A DNA stretch of 64,000 nucleotides, taken from a virus. The stretch is taken from positions 1-64,000 of IMG/VR virus record IMGVR_UViG_3300012924_000001; one strand, written 5' to 3'. The notes beneath the pieces are model-generated. The model saw only the letters and a program-made list of their open reading frames with translations, had not been told where the DNA came from and did no database searches. The position numbers were made by a program, and so were the translations under genes. Of this stretch, positions 16,789 to 27,273 are shown piece by piece (position 1 is the stretch's first letter; every line of letters begins with the position of its first letter).

Positions 16789-19152
16789 ATGATTGATAAC
16801 AGGCTTATTGAGTTCCATAAAGGTACGAACAGGGACAAGGAAGACCCCCGTTTTGGGATTAAGCTGGCCCAGGCGATCAGTTCTACAGTTGATAGGGGAT
16901 ATAACGGGTATTATACGCGCCGCAATGGTAAGATCAAGATTAGCCGTGATATCGCAGCGGGGCATCAAAGCATGACCCAGTTTCTTGACTTAATGAACAT
17001 CGATGGAAAAAAAGCCTTTGTTAACCTGGACCTTAGTCCTCCCTGTATAGCCCCCAAATTTATGGATATCATGACGCAGCGTTTTATGGAGCGCAGCGAA
17101 GAGGTCAAAGTATCTGCAATTGATCCGCTATCCATGCGCAAACAGGCGCGTGAAAAAGAGGAAGCTGAATTCAGGATGGGGAACAAGGATCTAATTAATG
17201 CTATCCAGCAGGAAGCGGGTGTTCCTGTAGAAGATCCTACCGCGTATACTCCAGAAGATAAGGACGACCTTGAATTTTACTTTGGATATGAATATCAGCT
17301 TCCAGAGGAAATAAAGTTTGAGAAGGCAGTGTCGTATGTTTTAATTGATAATGATTGGTTACCCGTTTGTAAACGTAAGATCATCGAAGATATGGAGGAA
17401 ACTCCCTTCGCGGCCACACGTACCTATGTTGATGTTAATGGTAAAATAAAGATAAGAGTCTGTGAACCAGAAAATACTTTTTACTCTTGGAGTAAATTTA
17501 ATGATCTCAGGGATATAGCATGGTGTGGAGAGTTGTATAAAATGAAGGTCACAGAATACCGTGCTAGATTTGCAGAGGACTATATAAGGAAATATGGACC
17601 TGAAGAAGCTGAGAAAAAATTGTTTGAAGATGTAATGACAGCCGCGAGTCAGTTCCCTGACTATACCGCTCTTAGTTGGAACTATGATTGGTCCTTTTCT
17701 TATTACCGGCCTTATGATGATTGGGAAATTGAGGTAATGGATTTTGAGTTTAAGACCGTGGATAATGATATTTATACTACAAAAACTAATAAATACGGTA
17801 ACCTTATTGCCGTTGATAAAAGGAATAAAATTCCACAAAATTTAGGCGAAAGTAAAGAAATAGTCTCCAAGCAGGTATATAATGTATACAGGGGATATTA
17901 TGTGCGCAAACTGGATAAACTTTTTTGCTGGGGGCTGGCCAAGAACATGATCCGTCCTCAGAGCAACCTGAGTGATGTCTATTTCTCCTACAGCTTCTAT
18001 ATGCCTAAAAACCGGAACATGGATAATGTCACGCTTCCGGAAAGAATGAAGTCCTCTATAAACCAAATGACGCTCTCCCACTTGAAGATTCAGCAGCTCA
18101 TCGCCAAAATGCGTCCCGCTGGTATCCTGGTGGATATAAATGGACTACAGGATATAGACCTTGGCTTAGGCCATACCGTAACTCCCCTGGAGATGCAGGC
18201 TGTTTATGATCAAACAGGTAATGTTTACTATAGAAGTATAAAAGAGGACGGAGAGACCCGTCAAATAGTCCCTATCCAGGAACTGCCGAATGCTGGCTCA
18301 GTTGCCCAAATCCAGAACTGTATTAATATATACAACTTCTACCTGGAACGTTTGCGTCAAGACCTTGGCACTAACGAATATGTGGAGGGGCAGTCTGTCA
18401 ATCCAAAGCTCGGACTTGGTGTAATGGAAAATCAAATGGCCTCTTCTAACCGGGCAACAGCATATATATATGAAGGTTATCTTTCTCTTATGCAGAACAC
18501 CTGTAGAAAGGTGGCCATGTTGCTCTGGGACAATGTTATGTTCGGCGGTAAGGAATACAGGCATTTTATCGGTGATGAAGAGCTAGAGGATAAATATTTT
18601 GATGTAAACATTGAAATGTTGCCTGATGAGATGGAACGTGCTAAGATCGATCAGAAGGTAGAAACGGCACTTTCTGCTGGGATCATTGAGTTCCAGGATG
18701 CCTTCAAGATCAATAACATCAAGAACGTTAAACTGAAGGAGCTTTATTTGTCTCGTGCTCAGAAGCGTAACCAGCAAATGAAGATTCAGGAGAATCAGGC
18801 CAACATCAAAGCGACCTCAGACGCTCAAATTGCTTCAGCCCAGGCAACTACCCAGGGTAAACAGCAGGAGCTTCAAACTGACTATAGGGGTAAGGCTGTT
18901 ATTGCTCAGATGAATGCGGATGCTAGTTCAAAATTGGAACTACAAAAGTTCGTTCAGCAGTTACAGTTAGTATCTTTTGAAACAGGGACGCCGATCCCTG
19001 CGGACATGCAAGCTATTGTTGATGGTTTCTATGATTCAATGGCTGAACAGGAAACGCAGCAACAGGAAATGGCTGATTCTGTGATGGAAGCGGATGAACA
19101 GCAGCAGCAGCAGCAACAAATGCAACCAGGACAAGCACCACAAATGGCATAA
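16789..19152 (+). CDS. portal protein
   Basis: 787 aa after TerL; P22-like size with Q-rich coiled-coil C-terminus. Confidence 0.85.
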   Translation: MIDNRLIEFHKGTNRDKEDPRFGIKLAQAISSTVDRGYNGYYTRRNGKIKISRDIAAGHQSMTQFLDLMNIDGKKAFVNLDLSPPCIAPKFMDIMTQRFMERSEEVKVSAIDPLSMRKQAREKEEAEFRMGNKDLINAIQQEAGVPVEDPTAYTPEDKDDLEFYFGYEYQLPEEIKFEKAVSYVLIDNDWLPVCKRKIIEDMEETPFAATRTYVDVNGKIKIRVCEPENTFYSWSKFNDLRDIAWCGELYKMKVTEYRARFAEDYIRKYGPEEAEKKLFEDVMTAASQFPDYTALSWNYDWSFSYYRPYDDWEIEVMDFEFKTVDNDIYTTKTNKYGNLIAVDKRNKIPQNLGESKEIVSKQVYNVYRGYYVRKLDKLFCWGLAKNMIRPQSNLSDVYFSYSFYMPKNRNMDNVTLPERMKSSINQMTLSHLKIQQLIAKMRPAGILVDINGLQDIDLGLGHTVTPLEMQAVYDQTGNVYYRSIKEDGETRQIVPIQELPNAGSVAQIQNCINIYNFYLERLRQDLGTNEYVEGQSVNPKLGLGVMENQMASSNRATAYIYEGYLSLMQNTCRKVAMLLWDNVMFGGKEYRHFIGDEELEDKYFDVNIEMLPDEMERAKIDQKVETALSAGIIEFQDAFKINNIKNVKLKELYLSRAQKRNQQMKIQENQANIKATSDAQIASAQATTQGKQQELQTDYRGKAVIAQMNADASSKLELQKFVQQLQLVSFETGTPIPADMQAIVDGFYDSMAEQETQQQEMADSVMEADEQQQQQQQMQPGQAPQMA

Positions 19153-19153
19153 T

Positions 19154-19354
19154 ATGGCGACAATTCATGTAGTACCTATTGGAGAGACTGACAAACACAC
19201 AAGAGGAAAGGATTGTAAGTGTGTTCCTTTAGAATCGGACCATAATGGAGGTCTGCTTGTAATTCACATAGCCTTCGATAATTCCATGAACCGTTCTGAT
19301 TCTGTAAAGGAATTACTCGATAGACCAATGATGGCGCATTATATGCAAGAGTAA
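19154..19354 (+). CDS. small His/Cys-rich protein
   Basis: HVVP..H..CKCVP..VIHIAFD; ATG right after portal stop. Confidence 0.65.
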   Translation: MATIHVVPIGETDKHTRGKDCKCVPLESDHNGGLLVIHIAFDNSMNRSDSVKELLDRPMMAHYMQE

Positions 19355-19442
19355 AATTAATTTTTCACTATAATAAAAAATGATTATACTTTTGTTTAGT
19401 AAGTCTATTTTATAAACTTATTTATAACATAAACTAAATTCT

Positions 19443-20618
19443 GTGAATTTATTCAATCCTGCACCAGGAACGAGTTTTGATCAAAATGGAAGTGTTATAG
19501 CGCCTCCTGTAGAGACAGAGACGACTGAAACAGCTGAAGTAAAGATAGACACTCCAATAGCGCCCCCTGAAACCACTGAACAGAAGCCGGAGTCTATAGT
19601 TACTGAGCCTGCCGCTCCGATAGCACCAAGTTCTGATATCAACTGGGAGCAGGTATTGACAGAAAAAACAGGTGGAAAATTTAAGACCTGGGATGACGTT
19701 TCCGCAAAGCTTGCTGAAGAGAAACAGGATATTACCTTTTCAAATGAAGAATCCAAAAAGATCTTTGATTACCTGCGTGAAGGAAAGGTGGATGATGTAT
19801 TGCAAGTATACAATGAGCAGAAGCGTCTTTCTTCTCTGAAGGAGATGTCAGACGAAGAAGCGGTCAAGCTTTCCATGGAATATAAGCAAGCAGGATTGAA
19901 GGGTAGTGATATTGACGATGAGTTTTCTGTTATATATCAAATCGAAAGACCCGAGGCTCCTAATCCAGATGATTATTTAGATGAGGATGCACAGGCAAAG
20001 GCAGAAAAGACTTATCAGAAAGAGCTGAAGGCTTATGAAAAAGAACACAAAGCCTTACTTCGTAAGTTAAAACAAGACGCGGTAGATGCGCGTGATTATT
20101 TAGGTGGCCTTAAAAAAGACATTTTATTACCGGACATACATCCTAAGCAGGAACAAGAAGTCGATGAGGCTGAAATCAACCAAAGGGTCGAAGAAGCCAA
20201 TCGGGAACGGGAAAGATACCTCAATAGTCTCAACCAGACCTTTAACGAGTTCAAAGAAATACCATTAAAAGTAAATGACGGGGGAGTCAGCTTTGATGGG
20301 AAATTTGAAATTGAAGAAAGTGAAAGAGTGCAGTTAAAGAAGGATTTGGCTGAAAAAAATGTTATTGATCTTTTGTTATCTCGCTATGTCAAGGAGGACG
20401 GCTATGATACCAAGCAACTAATGGAGGATGTCTATTTGTTGCAGAATAAAGAAAAGATCATTAACAGTATTATCAAGCAAGCCGTATCAAAGGGGAAACT
20501 TGAGAAGATCAAGGAAGCCAAGAACGTTGACCTTGATTCGACCAGCAAAGGTAATTTCGAACCGTCCAAGGAGGCTGAATATAAAGAGTTCAGCCGCAAT
20601 TTTCTTTTAGCGAGATAA
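19443..20618 (+). CDS. putative capsid scaffolding protein
   Basis: Acidic and helical, between portal and MCP; TACTTTTG promoter at 19387. Confidence 0.7.
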   Translation: MNLFNPAPGTSFDQNGSVIAPPVETETTETAEVKIDTPIAPPETTEQKPESIVTEPAAPIAPSSDINWEQVLTEKTGGKFKTWDDVSAKLAEEKQDITFSNEESKKIFDYLREGKVDDVLQVYNEQKRLSSLKEMSDEEAVKLSMEYKQAGLKGSDIDDEFSVIYQIERPEAPNPDDYLDEDAQAKAEKTYQKELKAYEKEHKALLRKLKQDAVDARDYLGGLKKDILLPDIHPKQEQEVDEAEINQRVEEANRERERYLNSLNQTFNEFKEIPLKVNDGGVSFDGKFEIEESERVQLKKDLAEKNVIDLLLSRYVKEDGYDTKQLMEDVYLLQNKEKIINSIIKQAVSKGKLEKIKEAKNVDLDSTSKGNFEPSKEAEYKEFSRNFLLAR

Positions 20619-20650
20619 TTTATTTTTAACTCAAATTAACCATTAATATC

Positions 20651-22021
20651 ATGGCCGCTCCTCTAATGCCATCCGGTATATCGCTGCCCGTAGCCAACCG
20701 GGCGCTCCTTTTGACGGACATACAAATGCTGGCTCCGCATTGTTACAAGGATTTTGTAGAAATATATGGTCAGCAAAGCTGGATAACAATTCTTGACCTC
20801 CTGGGTAAGAAAGAGTTTGTTCCTGGCCGTGACTTCTTCCATTTTGAATCACGCGGTAAGCTCCACCAAAAAGTAACTGTTCAGACAGCTGTAGTAGCTC
20901 CTGCTGCTGGCGCTGACGTTACCGTAGTAGCAATTGCCGGGGATCACTTTAACAGTGGTACACAATCACCATGGCGCGTGAACGAAGTCGTTAGGATTTC
21001 TTCTAGCGGTATAGAGGGTAAGGTCGTGAGTGTGAATAAAACCACTCCTAACGCCCACTCTGCCGTTATACGCCCAGAGAAAACAACTGCCGCTTTTGTT
21101 TCTGCCGGTTCTGCCAACCTGTTAGCAGGTGAGATGTTGGAATTCAAAGGCGTTACTGAAGCTGGAGAACGTTCAGATGCTCCTGATCCGATCATCAACC
21201 TGACCAACAAGATATCAAATACCACCACGGAGATCCGGGAGGTATGGCGTGAAACTGACCGCTCCATGATTGAGGAACTGATGTTCAATTATGACGGGCA
21301 GCCTTATTATAAGTATAAGGGTATGGATGAGTCTCAGAGGAAGTTCCTGAATAACAAAGCATTCAAGTTGTTCATGGGCGACACTGCTGACAACCTTGGT
21401 GCTTTGGGCGGTTCTGTGGGTACACAGGGACTTATTCCTCGCGTGCGGACAGGTGGACAGACCCTTACTTATACTGCCGGTTCCTTGGATATCCCCAAGA
21501 TCCATGAAGTAACACGCACCCTGGATTTCTACGGTGGTGCTCAGGAATATCACTGGCTCCCGGATGTATACCAAAACCAGGAGTTCAATGATGAGCTATT
21601 CACTCAGTATAACGGTGGTGCGATCATCTGGAACAGTGTTGGTGGATCTGCTGATATCGCAATCGGCTATGGTTTCTCCAGTGTTGCCATTGATGGGTTT
21701 GTGTTCCACGTACGGAAGGAACTGATATTTAGTCCGGAAGCTGTATATGGTGCTGCTCCTACCGTAGGGGTTCCTGAGTTCCGCAACTTTGGTCTTTTCG
21801 TACCGCAGAAGAACTTCACTGACCCGGTTCGTAAACAAACTATACCGGCTGCGCAGTTGATTTACAATGCAGTGGAAGGGAATAGCGAAATAAAGGTTTG
21901 GGAGACTGGCGGATATGCAAAAATTCCGAACACAAACATCGCTGAAGTGTGTATCAATTGGTTGCAATACTGCGGCCTTCGCGTATTCGGTGCAAATCAG
22001 TTCCTTATTCTCGAAGCATAA
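20651..22021 (+). CDS. major capsid protein
   Basis: 456 aa, position, GTQGLI and terminal GLRVFGANQF patterns of Bacteroidota podovirus/crAss-like MCPs; hairpin follows. Confidence 0.85.
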   Translation: MAAPLMPSGISLPVANRALLLTDIQMLAPHCYKDFVEIYGQQSWITILDLLGKKEFVPGRDFFHFESRGKLHQKVTVQTAVVAPAAGADVTVVAIAGDHFNSGTQSPWRVNEVVRISSSGIEGKVVSVNKTTPNAHSAVIRPEKTTAAFVSAGSANLLAGEMLEFKGVTEAGERSDAPDPIINLTNKISNTTTEIREVWRETDRSMIEELMFNYDGQPYYKYKGMDESQRKFLNNKAFKLFMGDTADNLGALGGSVGTQGLIPRVRTGGQTLTYTAGSLDIPKIHEVTRTLDFYGGAQEYHWLPDVYQNQEFNDELFTQYNGGAIIWNSVGGSADIAIGYGFSSVAIDGFVFHVRKELIFSPEAVYGAAPTVGVPEFRNFGLFVPQKNFTDPVRKQTIPAAQLIYNAVEGNSEIKVWETGGYAKIPNTNIAEVCINWLQYCGLRVFGANQFLILEA

Positions 22022-22031
22022 TAATCATAAT

Positions 22032-22061
22032 AGCATAGCGTACTCATTAGTACGCTATGCT
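22032..22061 (+). terminator. hairpin after MCP
   Basis: AGCATAGCGTACT-catt-AGTACGCTATGCT. Confidence 0.7.
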
Positions 22062-22091
22062 CATTGTAGGACAAGGTAAAAATTTATAGTC

Positions 22092-22619
22092 ATGGCAGAA
22101 CAACGTTTAAGGATATTACCTGGAAGTGGCGCTGTAACATTCGATGCGGATTTTGCATCGAAAGGATTTGCTACACTTACAGGTAACATGACGCTCACTC
22201 TGACAGGTATGAATATTGGCAAACAAGTGACTCTTTGGTTTACCCAAGATGGCACTGGTAGCAGAACGCTAACGCTGACCGCTTTTTCAGGAGGCGCAAA
22301 CGTGACTGTAGGTACGAATACATTTAATGGTGCAGCTGGTACAACCACAAAAGTAATGTTGATTAATATTAACAACATTTTGTTTGTCGAATATGGCGGC
22401 GCTGGCGGCAGCGCATCTTCTGTTCCATTTGCTAATGTTACGGGTAAGCCTACCACACTGGTGGGATATGGTATCACAGATGCGATTCCTACCACGCAAA
22501 AGGGCGCTGCGAATGGTGTTGCCACTTTGGATGCAACGACTCATGTGCCGACTGCTCAATTGGGAAGTGGGTCAGCAACTAACGTAACAACGCTGCATGG
22601 AGATAATAGCTGGAGTTGA
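22092..22619 (+). CDS. putative capsid decoration/head fibre protein
   Basis: G/T-rich; TQDGTGSRT domain and fibre-like PTTLVGYGITD, KGAANGVATLD motifs. Confidence 0.65.
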   Translation: MAEQRLRILPGSGAVTFDADFASKGFATLTGNMTLTLTGMNIGKQVTLWFTQDGTGSRTLTLTAFSGGANVTVGTNTFNGAAGTTTKVMLININNILFVEYGGAGGSASSVPFANVTGKPTTLVGYGITDAIPTTQKGAANGVATLDATTHVPTAQLGSGSATNVTTLHGDNSWS

Positions 22620-22637
22620 TTCGTTAAATCTTACATC

Positions 22638-22961
22638 ATGGCAGAGCCAAGAATAAGGATACTTACTGGGACAGGCATTGTAAATTTTGATATCACCTTT
22701 TCGCGCAGGGCTAAGATTACCTTGACGGGTAATGTTGTGTTCACTTTTAGCGGAATGACGGAAGGAGCTACCGCGATTGTATATATTCAGCAAGATGCAA
22801 CTGGCGGTCGTACAGTTGGGGTACTTCCCCCATTGGGCACGCAACTGGTGATCCTGGGAGATCAAACAGATATTTCCACAACCGCCAGCGGCCGTTCAAT
22901 AATTACAGTCACATTGGCACAAGGAGCTTATGAGGTAACTTTTGCACCGCAAGCTCCATAA
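22638..22961 (+). CDS. paralog of the upstream decoration domain
   Basis: Aligns by eye with N-terminal ~100 aa of 22092 ORF (LTGN..QDxTGxRT). Confidence 0.65.
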   Translation: MAEPRIRILTGTGIVNFDITFSRRAKITLTGNVVFTFSGMTEGATAIVYIQQDATGGRTVGVLPPLGTQLVILGDQTDISTTASGRSIITVTLAQGAYEVTFAPQAP

Positions 22962-22987
22962 TATATTTTTTACTTAAATAATAGTTT

Positions 22988-23893
22988 ATGGCCGGACCGG
23001 GCAGACCTCCTAAGACCATTCAGGATCTGGATGCTCAATTAGGAGCAGATGGACAAATTCAAGAGGTGGATGTTTTAGAGCCTCCTAAGAAAAATAGACA
23101 AAAGGATCGTGCAACTTATACGTTTGAGATGGTGGGACCATTCCCCAAAGATCCTCAGAACGGTACAATAAGATATCCTGGGTTAAGCCTGGATAACTGT
23201 CAGGTAGTGTTTGATGAAGAAACAGGAGTCCAGCGGACTGCGAGACTTATTCGCGGCCTTAATACGTTTTGGATGGATGAACAAAAGGACATCGATCCAA
23301 AATATATTGCCCGTAATAAGCCTACATTGAGCTTTAACAACGGCCAGATACACATACCGGCTACAGAAGCGCTTACTGTACGTTTTCTCATGCTTCGTTC
23401 GGATTTTGTTGGTTGTAAACAGCCAACTGTAAATCGTAAGCCACGCTATAAGCTGGTGGACACCGAAGCTGAAGAGGCTTTAATATTCGATTTGAAGAAA
23501 AAGGTTAAAGATGCTGCTGACAAAGCCTGGGGAACGAGGATGGAAGATCTTATCCCGCACGCTGAATACCTGGGTATACGTATGATCAACGATAAGGGCT
23601 TCCCTAAGTCTGAGGATGCATTGCGTACAGACTATGTAAATAAAGCGGAGGCACAGCCAGATCTTTTCCTTCGTACCTATGAGAACCCCAAGGTGAAAAT
23701 GTATGGTCTTGTGAAGAAGGGATTTGAGCAGAACGTGGTTATCTACCTGGAAGGTCAGGCGCTCTGGGCTGATACAAAGTCTATGATTTGTCAAGTTCCT
23801 CATTCCAGGCAGGACAATGTGGCCGACTATCTGGCCGAATTGATGCTGACCAAGGAAGGGTACGCGCTCAGGTCACGTTTAGAAAAAGCATAG
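22988..23893 (+). CDS. hypothetical protein of the capsid module
   Basis: 301-aa ORF followed by terminator. Confidence 0.75.
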   Translation: MAGPGRPPKTIQDLDAQLGADGQIQEVDVLEPPKKNRQKDRATYTFEMVGPFPKDPQNGTIRYPGLSLDNCQVVFDEETGVQRTARLIRGLNTFWMDEQKDIDPKYIARNKPTLSFNNGQIHIPATEALTVRFLMLRSDFVGCKQPTVNRKPRYKLVDTEAEEALIFDLKKKVKDAADKAWGTRMEDLIPHAEYLGIRMINDKGFPKSEDALRTDYVNKAEAQPDLFLRTYENPKVKMYGLVKKGFEQNVVIYLEGQALWADTKSMICQVPHSRQDNVADYLAELMLTKEGYALRSRLEKA

Positions 23894-23931
23894 TTTCCGT
23901 ATCTGAAATATGTAAGTAGATTAGGTCTATT

Positions 23932-23958
23932 ACCCCGGATTTTTATCCGGGGTTTTTA
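23932..23958 (+). terminator. intrinsic terminator
   Basis: ACCCCGGAT-tttt-ATCCGGGGT plus T run. Confidence 0.8.
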
Positions 23959-23973
23959 TTTACGGAGGGCAAT

Positions 23974-24054
23974 AAAAAACCCCCTCCTATAAAGGAAAGG
24001 GGCGTTTCACACCACACCTTTAACATCCATGTAAAATCGCCGGACATTAAAGTA
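23974..24054 (-). ncRNA. candidate sRNA O, or 3' UTR of GroES-like gene
   Basis: Minus-strand TAAATTTAC promoter-like (24059-24067); terminator 23974-24002. Confidence 0.45.
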
Positions 24055-24088
24055 CAGTGTAAATTTAGTGTTTTATTTAAAATAAAAA

Positions 24089-24727
24089 TCAAAATTCATA
24101 TTCTAATCCTTCCACCGTAGCTCCCAAGAAATCCCGATCAAAGTTTACTCTTATAATAGACTGGTGAACATTCTCCCAAACATACTTCAGTTCTACGTCT
24201 GCATGTTTGGCTATCGCAATAACATCCCCTTTCTTTATCTCATCGACCTGATCAGGCACCTGTTCTACATATACAAGGTTATCCCATTTTTCTTTTGTAA
24301 TACCGCCTATCACTCCTGAAGGAGTAATAGGGATGGGTTTGTAGATACGCCTGCAAATGACGCTCTTATCGATGCAGTAAATCTCTCCGGTAGGCTTCAC
24401 TCCAAGCCAACATAAGGGCTTTTCAATAGCAAACAACCTTTCGCCCTCATCTAACAGTGATCCCATCCCAAAGACCTCTTTCCGCTCGTTTTCAAAGGCA
24501 TTGTGCTGCGTAAGGACATAATCTCCCATTTCTATCTCATCGCAGGATGTAACAGCACGCCCTACAGTAGGATTGCCATCCCATCCATTTTCTTTCCAAT
24601 CCTTTTCTCCCATGTAGATATCCAGGTGAGAGCCATCTAGCATCTTAATTCTATGGCTTGTTTTTTGGGCAGGCCATACCGCAACCAAAAGTCGCTTTTG
24701 GTTAATGTGATTATTAGGTACTTGCAT
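24089..24727 (-). CDS. GroES-like co-chaperonin (tandem domains)
   Basis: Two GroES-like units: IEMGDYV..HNAF and TPSGVI..IKKGDVI. Confidence 0.65.
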   Translation of the reverse strand: MQVPNNHINQKRLLVAVWPAQKTSHRIKMLDGSHLDIYMGEKDWKENGWDGNPTVGRAVTSCDEIEMGDYVLTQHNAFENERKEVFGMGSLLDEGERLFAIEKPLCWLGVKPTGEIYCIDKSVICRRIYKPIPITPSGVIGGITKEKWDNLVYVEQVPDQVDEIKKGDVIAIAKHADVELKYVWENVHQSIIRVNFDRDFLGATVEGLEYEF

Positions 24728-24731
24728 TTGT

Positions 24732-24899
24732 TTATCCTTTACCTTTACCGCTTACTTTTTTTAATGCAGGATTGGCGGCCTTTGCGGCAGGAGATGCCTC
24801 ACGGGTTTTCTTAGCCAGAATGGCACCCGCTGCTGCTTTAGAATAACCTTCTTTTTGGATCTTTTTTTGTACGGCACCAAAGCCAGGATGGTTTTTCAT
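24732..24899 (-). CDS. small basic Ala/Lys-rich protein (55 aa)
   Basis: Hand-translated MKNHPGFGAVQKKIQKEGYSKAAAGAILAKKTREASPAAKAANPALKKV...; below track cutoff. Confidence 0.75.
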   Translation of the reverse strand: MKNHPGFGAVQKKIQKEGYSKAAAGAILAKKTREASPAAKAANPALKKVSGKGKG

Positions 24900-25045
24900 T
24901 TCCCTTTCTTTTTAACGGTTATTGGTTTGGGAGGAGCTGCTTTCTCCACAGGCATTTCACGCGATCCCATAAGGGCGCGCCCTTTCTTGTTCATCTCTTT
25001 GAGGGACTTATTGGTCTTTGCGATCCCTTTGCCATAGTTGATCAT
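24896..25045 (-). CDS. small basic protein (49 aa)
   Basis: Hand-translated MINYGKGIAKTNK...KKKGK; ATGA-coupled to next ORF. Confidence 0.65.
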   Translation of the reverse strand: MINYGKGIAKTNKSLKEMNKKGRALMGSREMPVEKAAPPKPITVKKKGK

Positions 25046-25137
25046 AGCCCAAGGTTTTCTCAAATGTAATATAAAATATTGTCATTCTTATACAGAATTG
25101 TATAATTTCTATCAACCAAAAAAATTATATTTGTGTA

Positions 25138-25806
25138 ATGGATATAAATGAAATATATTCCTTGGTTCGGTTCATTGCCAATAAATCCCAATCCGGATAC
25201 ATCACGCCGGAGGAGTTTAACAATGCCTTTAATCTATCCCAGGATCAATATTTTCATCAACTCATAGAGGCGCTTCAGGGATGGGACGCAAATAGACGGC
25301 GCATTCGTTTGCCAATGGGGAATGCCCAACAAGTCATCCAGAAACTTGCTCCATTTATCGTAAAAGATACATCTGTTGTTGTTCCTGGTACAGGAGTATA
25401 TCCAAAACCGGGAGACCTGTCAAATCTTCTTGCAATAAGAAGCGCTGATAATACGCAGCGTGTATGGCGCGTGGAGCACGACCGGGTTTTTTCTCATGCC
25501 TCCTCTACAATTGATCTCCCGGAGGAGACTCCCTTTTACACGGAATACAATAATAACTACCAGATCTATCCCATCACGATTGGTACTATCAATGTAGATT
25601 ATTTACGTACTCCTCCGAATGCGCTATGGGCGTATACAGTAGTCAGTGGCAGACCTGTATATGATATAGGGAGTAGTATACAACCATTATGGCAAGACAC
25701 GGAGATTACAGAGTTGATTATTCGTATCCTTTTTATGTTTGGTATAAGTATTCAGGCAAGTCAGCTAGTTCAATATTATGGTAGCGTAAAAAATGATGGT
25801 CAATGA
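25138..25806 (+). CDS. tail ring/tubular protein
   Basis: IANKSQSGYITPEEFN..Q and DYLRTP..W patterns of crAss-like/Bacteroidota podovirus ring proteins. Confidence 0.7.
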   Translation: MDINEIYSLVRFIANKSQSGYITPEEFNNAFNLSQDQYFHQLIEALQGWDANRRRIRLPMGNAQQVIQKLAPFIVKDTSVVVPGTGVYPKPGDLSNLLAIRSADNTQRVWRVEHDRVFSHASSTIDLPEETPFYTEYNNNYQIYPITIGTINVDYLRTPPNALWAYTVVSGRPVYDIGSSIQPLWQDTEITELIIRILFMFGISIQASQLVQYYGSVKNDGQ

Positions 25807-25853
25807 CAGGATATATCTATATGGGCATCGTAAAAATAAAACTGATTTAATAT

Positions 25854-26492
25854 ATGCCGACTAGCAGGTTACAGGTTTTAGAAACCGTTCAGAGATTATT
25901 GTTAGGGGGAATGGCCTCTGATGATACTGAATTGACGCTTGCCCTTATTAATCAACATCTCAATGCAGCCATAGGTTACGCAGCAAAGACAAACTATAAA
26001 GAAGAGATTGAGCTAAATGGTATCGAGAATGTAGCCGATGCTTTTTATGCTGACTTTAAGAGCATCACAATTACTAAGGACAATACAACAGGACTATATA
26101 CAGCAACGCTGCCGCAACAACCAGTAGGATTAGGTGCAGGGTGGGACATTTCTACTTTTATGTTAATAACAGGCAGTGGAGCAAAGATGTTTGCACATGC
26201 CATTTCCCCGCGAGAGGTTGAATTCCTTTATAATACATCGGGATCGTGCAGTGAGGTTTTTTATTGGATTACTGGATTGACAGTATCTCTACATGCCTGT
26301 AAGGACATTACGCAGTACAAGGCAAATATAAGAATGATCAGCTCACAAGCAACGGATTGGACAACTCCTGTTACGCTTCCTGATGGATATCTCCCACTTG
26401 TAGTGGAATATATGACAAAGGTATTGGGAGTAGAAGTTCAAAGGCCTATTGATATTTCAAGCGATGGTGTAGAAACTCCTCAAGTAAAATGA
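25854..26492 (+). CDS. putative tail ring protein
   Basis: Size and position. Confidence 0.6.
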   Translation: MPTSRLQVLETVQRLLLGGMASDDTELTLALINQHLNAAIGYAAKTNYKEEIELNGIENVADAFYADFKSITITKDNTTGLYTATLPQQPVGLGAGWDISTFMLITGSGAKMFAHAISPREVEFLYNTSGSCSEVFYWITGLTVSLHACKDITQYKANIRMISSQATDWTTPVTLPDGYLPLVVEYMTKVLGVEVQRPIDISSDGVETPQVK

Positions 26493-26493
26493 A

Positions 26494-27273
26494 ATGGGCG
26501 AGACAGCAAGACATAAAGAACTAAAAGACATCATTTATGATTACATGGATGAGGCAAAACAGAACTCATCGGTGTTCAGGCGCTTGTGGCGTATAGCCGT
26601 TAGGGGCGTCACGGATTTATCTTTAGATATAATCCCTAATATAAAAAGTCGCAGACTGTGCGTAGATGGAAATAAAACTGTTCAGCTACCTGTAGACTAT
26701 ATCGATTGGAGGAAGGTTGGCGTATTAAACGCAATGGGGGAAGTGTGTACGTTAAAATATAACAGCACCTTGACCTTGTATGGCGCTACGGATGTTAACA
26801 GGTTGAGTAAGAATACAGATTCAGTGGGTATTGATCTGAACCGGATCTCTGATCTTTTCTACCTTAATTATTTTGATTATGCTTATGGCTATGGTCAGAT
26901 TAATCTTTTTGGGATATCTGGTAATGAAGCCTTAAAGGTGGGCGATTTTAGGATTGATGATCAGTGTGGGATACTCATTCTTGATAACAGCTTCCCGACA
27001 GACTACATTATCATAGAATACTTGGCAGCTCCTTCTGAAGAGGATGGTATAAAGGTGCCGGTACAAGTATATGAAGCCATGATTGCTTGGCTTTCCTGGA
27101 AGGATAATATTCAATTGGCAGCCTCCAGGAAGGTTAGCATATACGATAAGACTGCTAGGAGGCGAGAATACTATGCACAAAAAGAGCTTTCCAGGAATAG
27201 GATGAAGCCCTTCAGGATACAAGATGCAATTAATGTTTGTCAAGACGCAATAAGGTTAGTTCCTAAAAATTAA
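26494..27273 (+). CDS. putative tail ring protein
   Basis: LPVDYIDW..IIEYL pattern; position. Confidence 0.65.
   Translation: MGETARHKELKDIIYDYMDEAKQNSSVFRRLWRIAVRGVTDLSLDIIPNIKSRRLCVDGNKTVQLPVDYIDWRKVGVLNAMGEVCTLKYNSTLTLYGATDVNRLSKNTDSVGIDLNRISDLFYLNYFDYAYGYGQINLFGISGNEALKVGDFRIDDQCGILILDNSFPTDYIIIEYLAAPSEEDGIKVPVQVYEAMIAWLSWKDNIQLAASRKVSIYDKTARRREYYAQKELSRNRMKPFRIQDAINVCQDAIRLVPKN

Noticed and set aside
19098-19118. CAG repeat as a phase-variation tract
   Set aside because: In-frame poly-Gln in the portal tail
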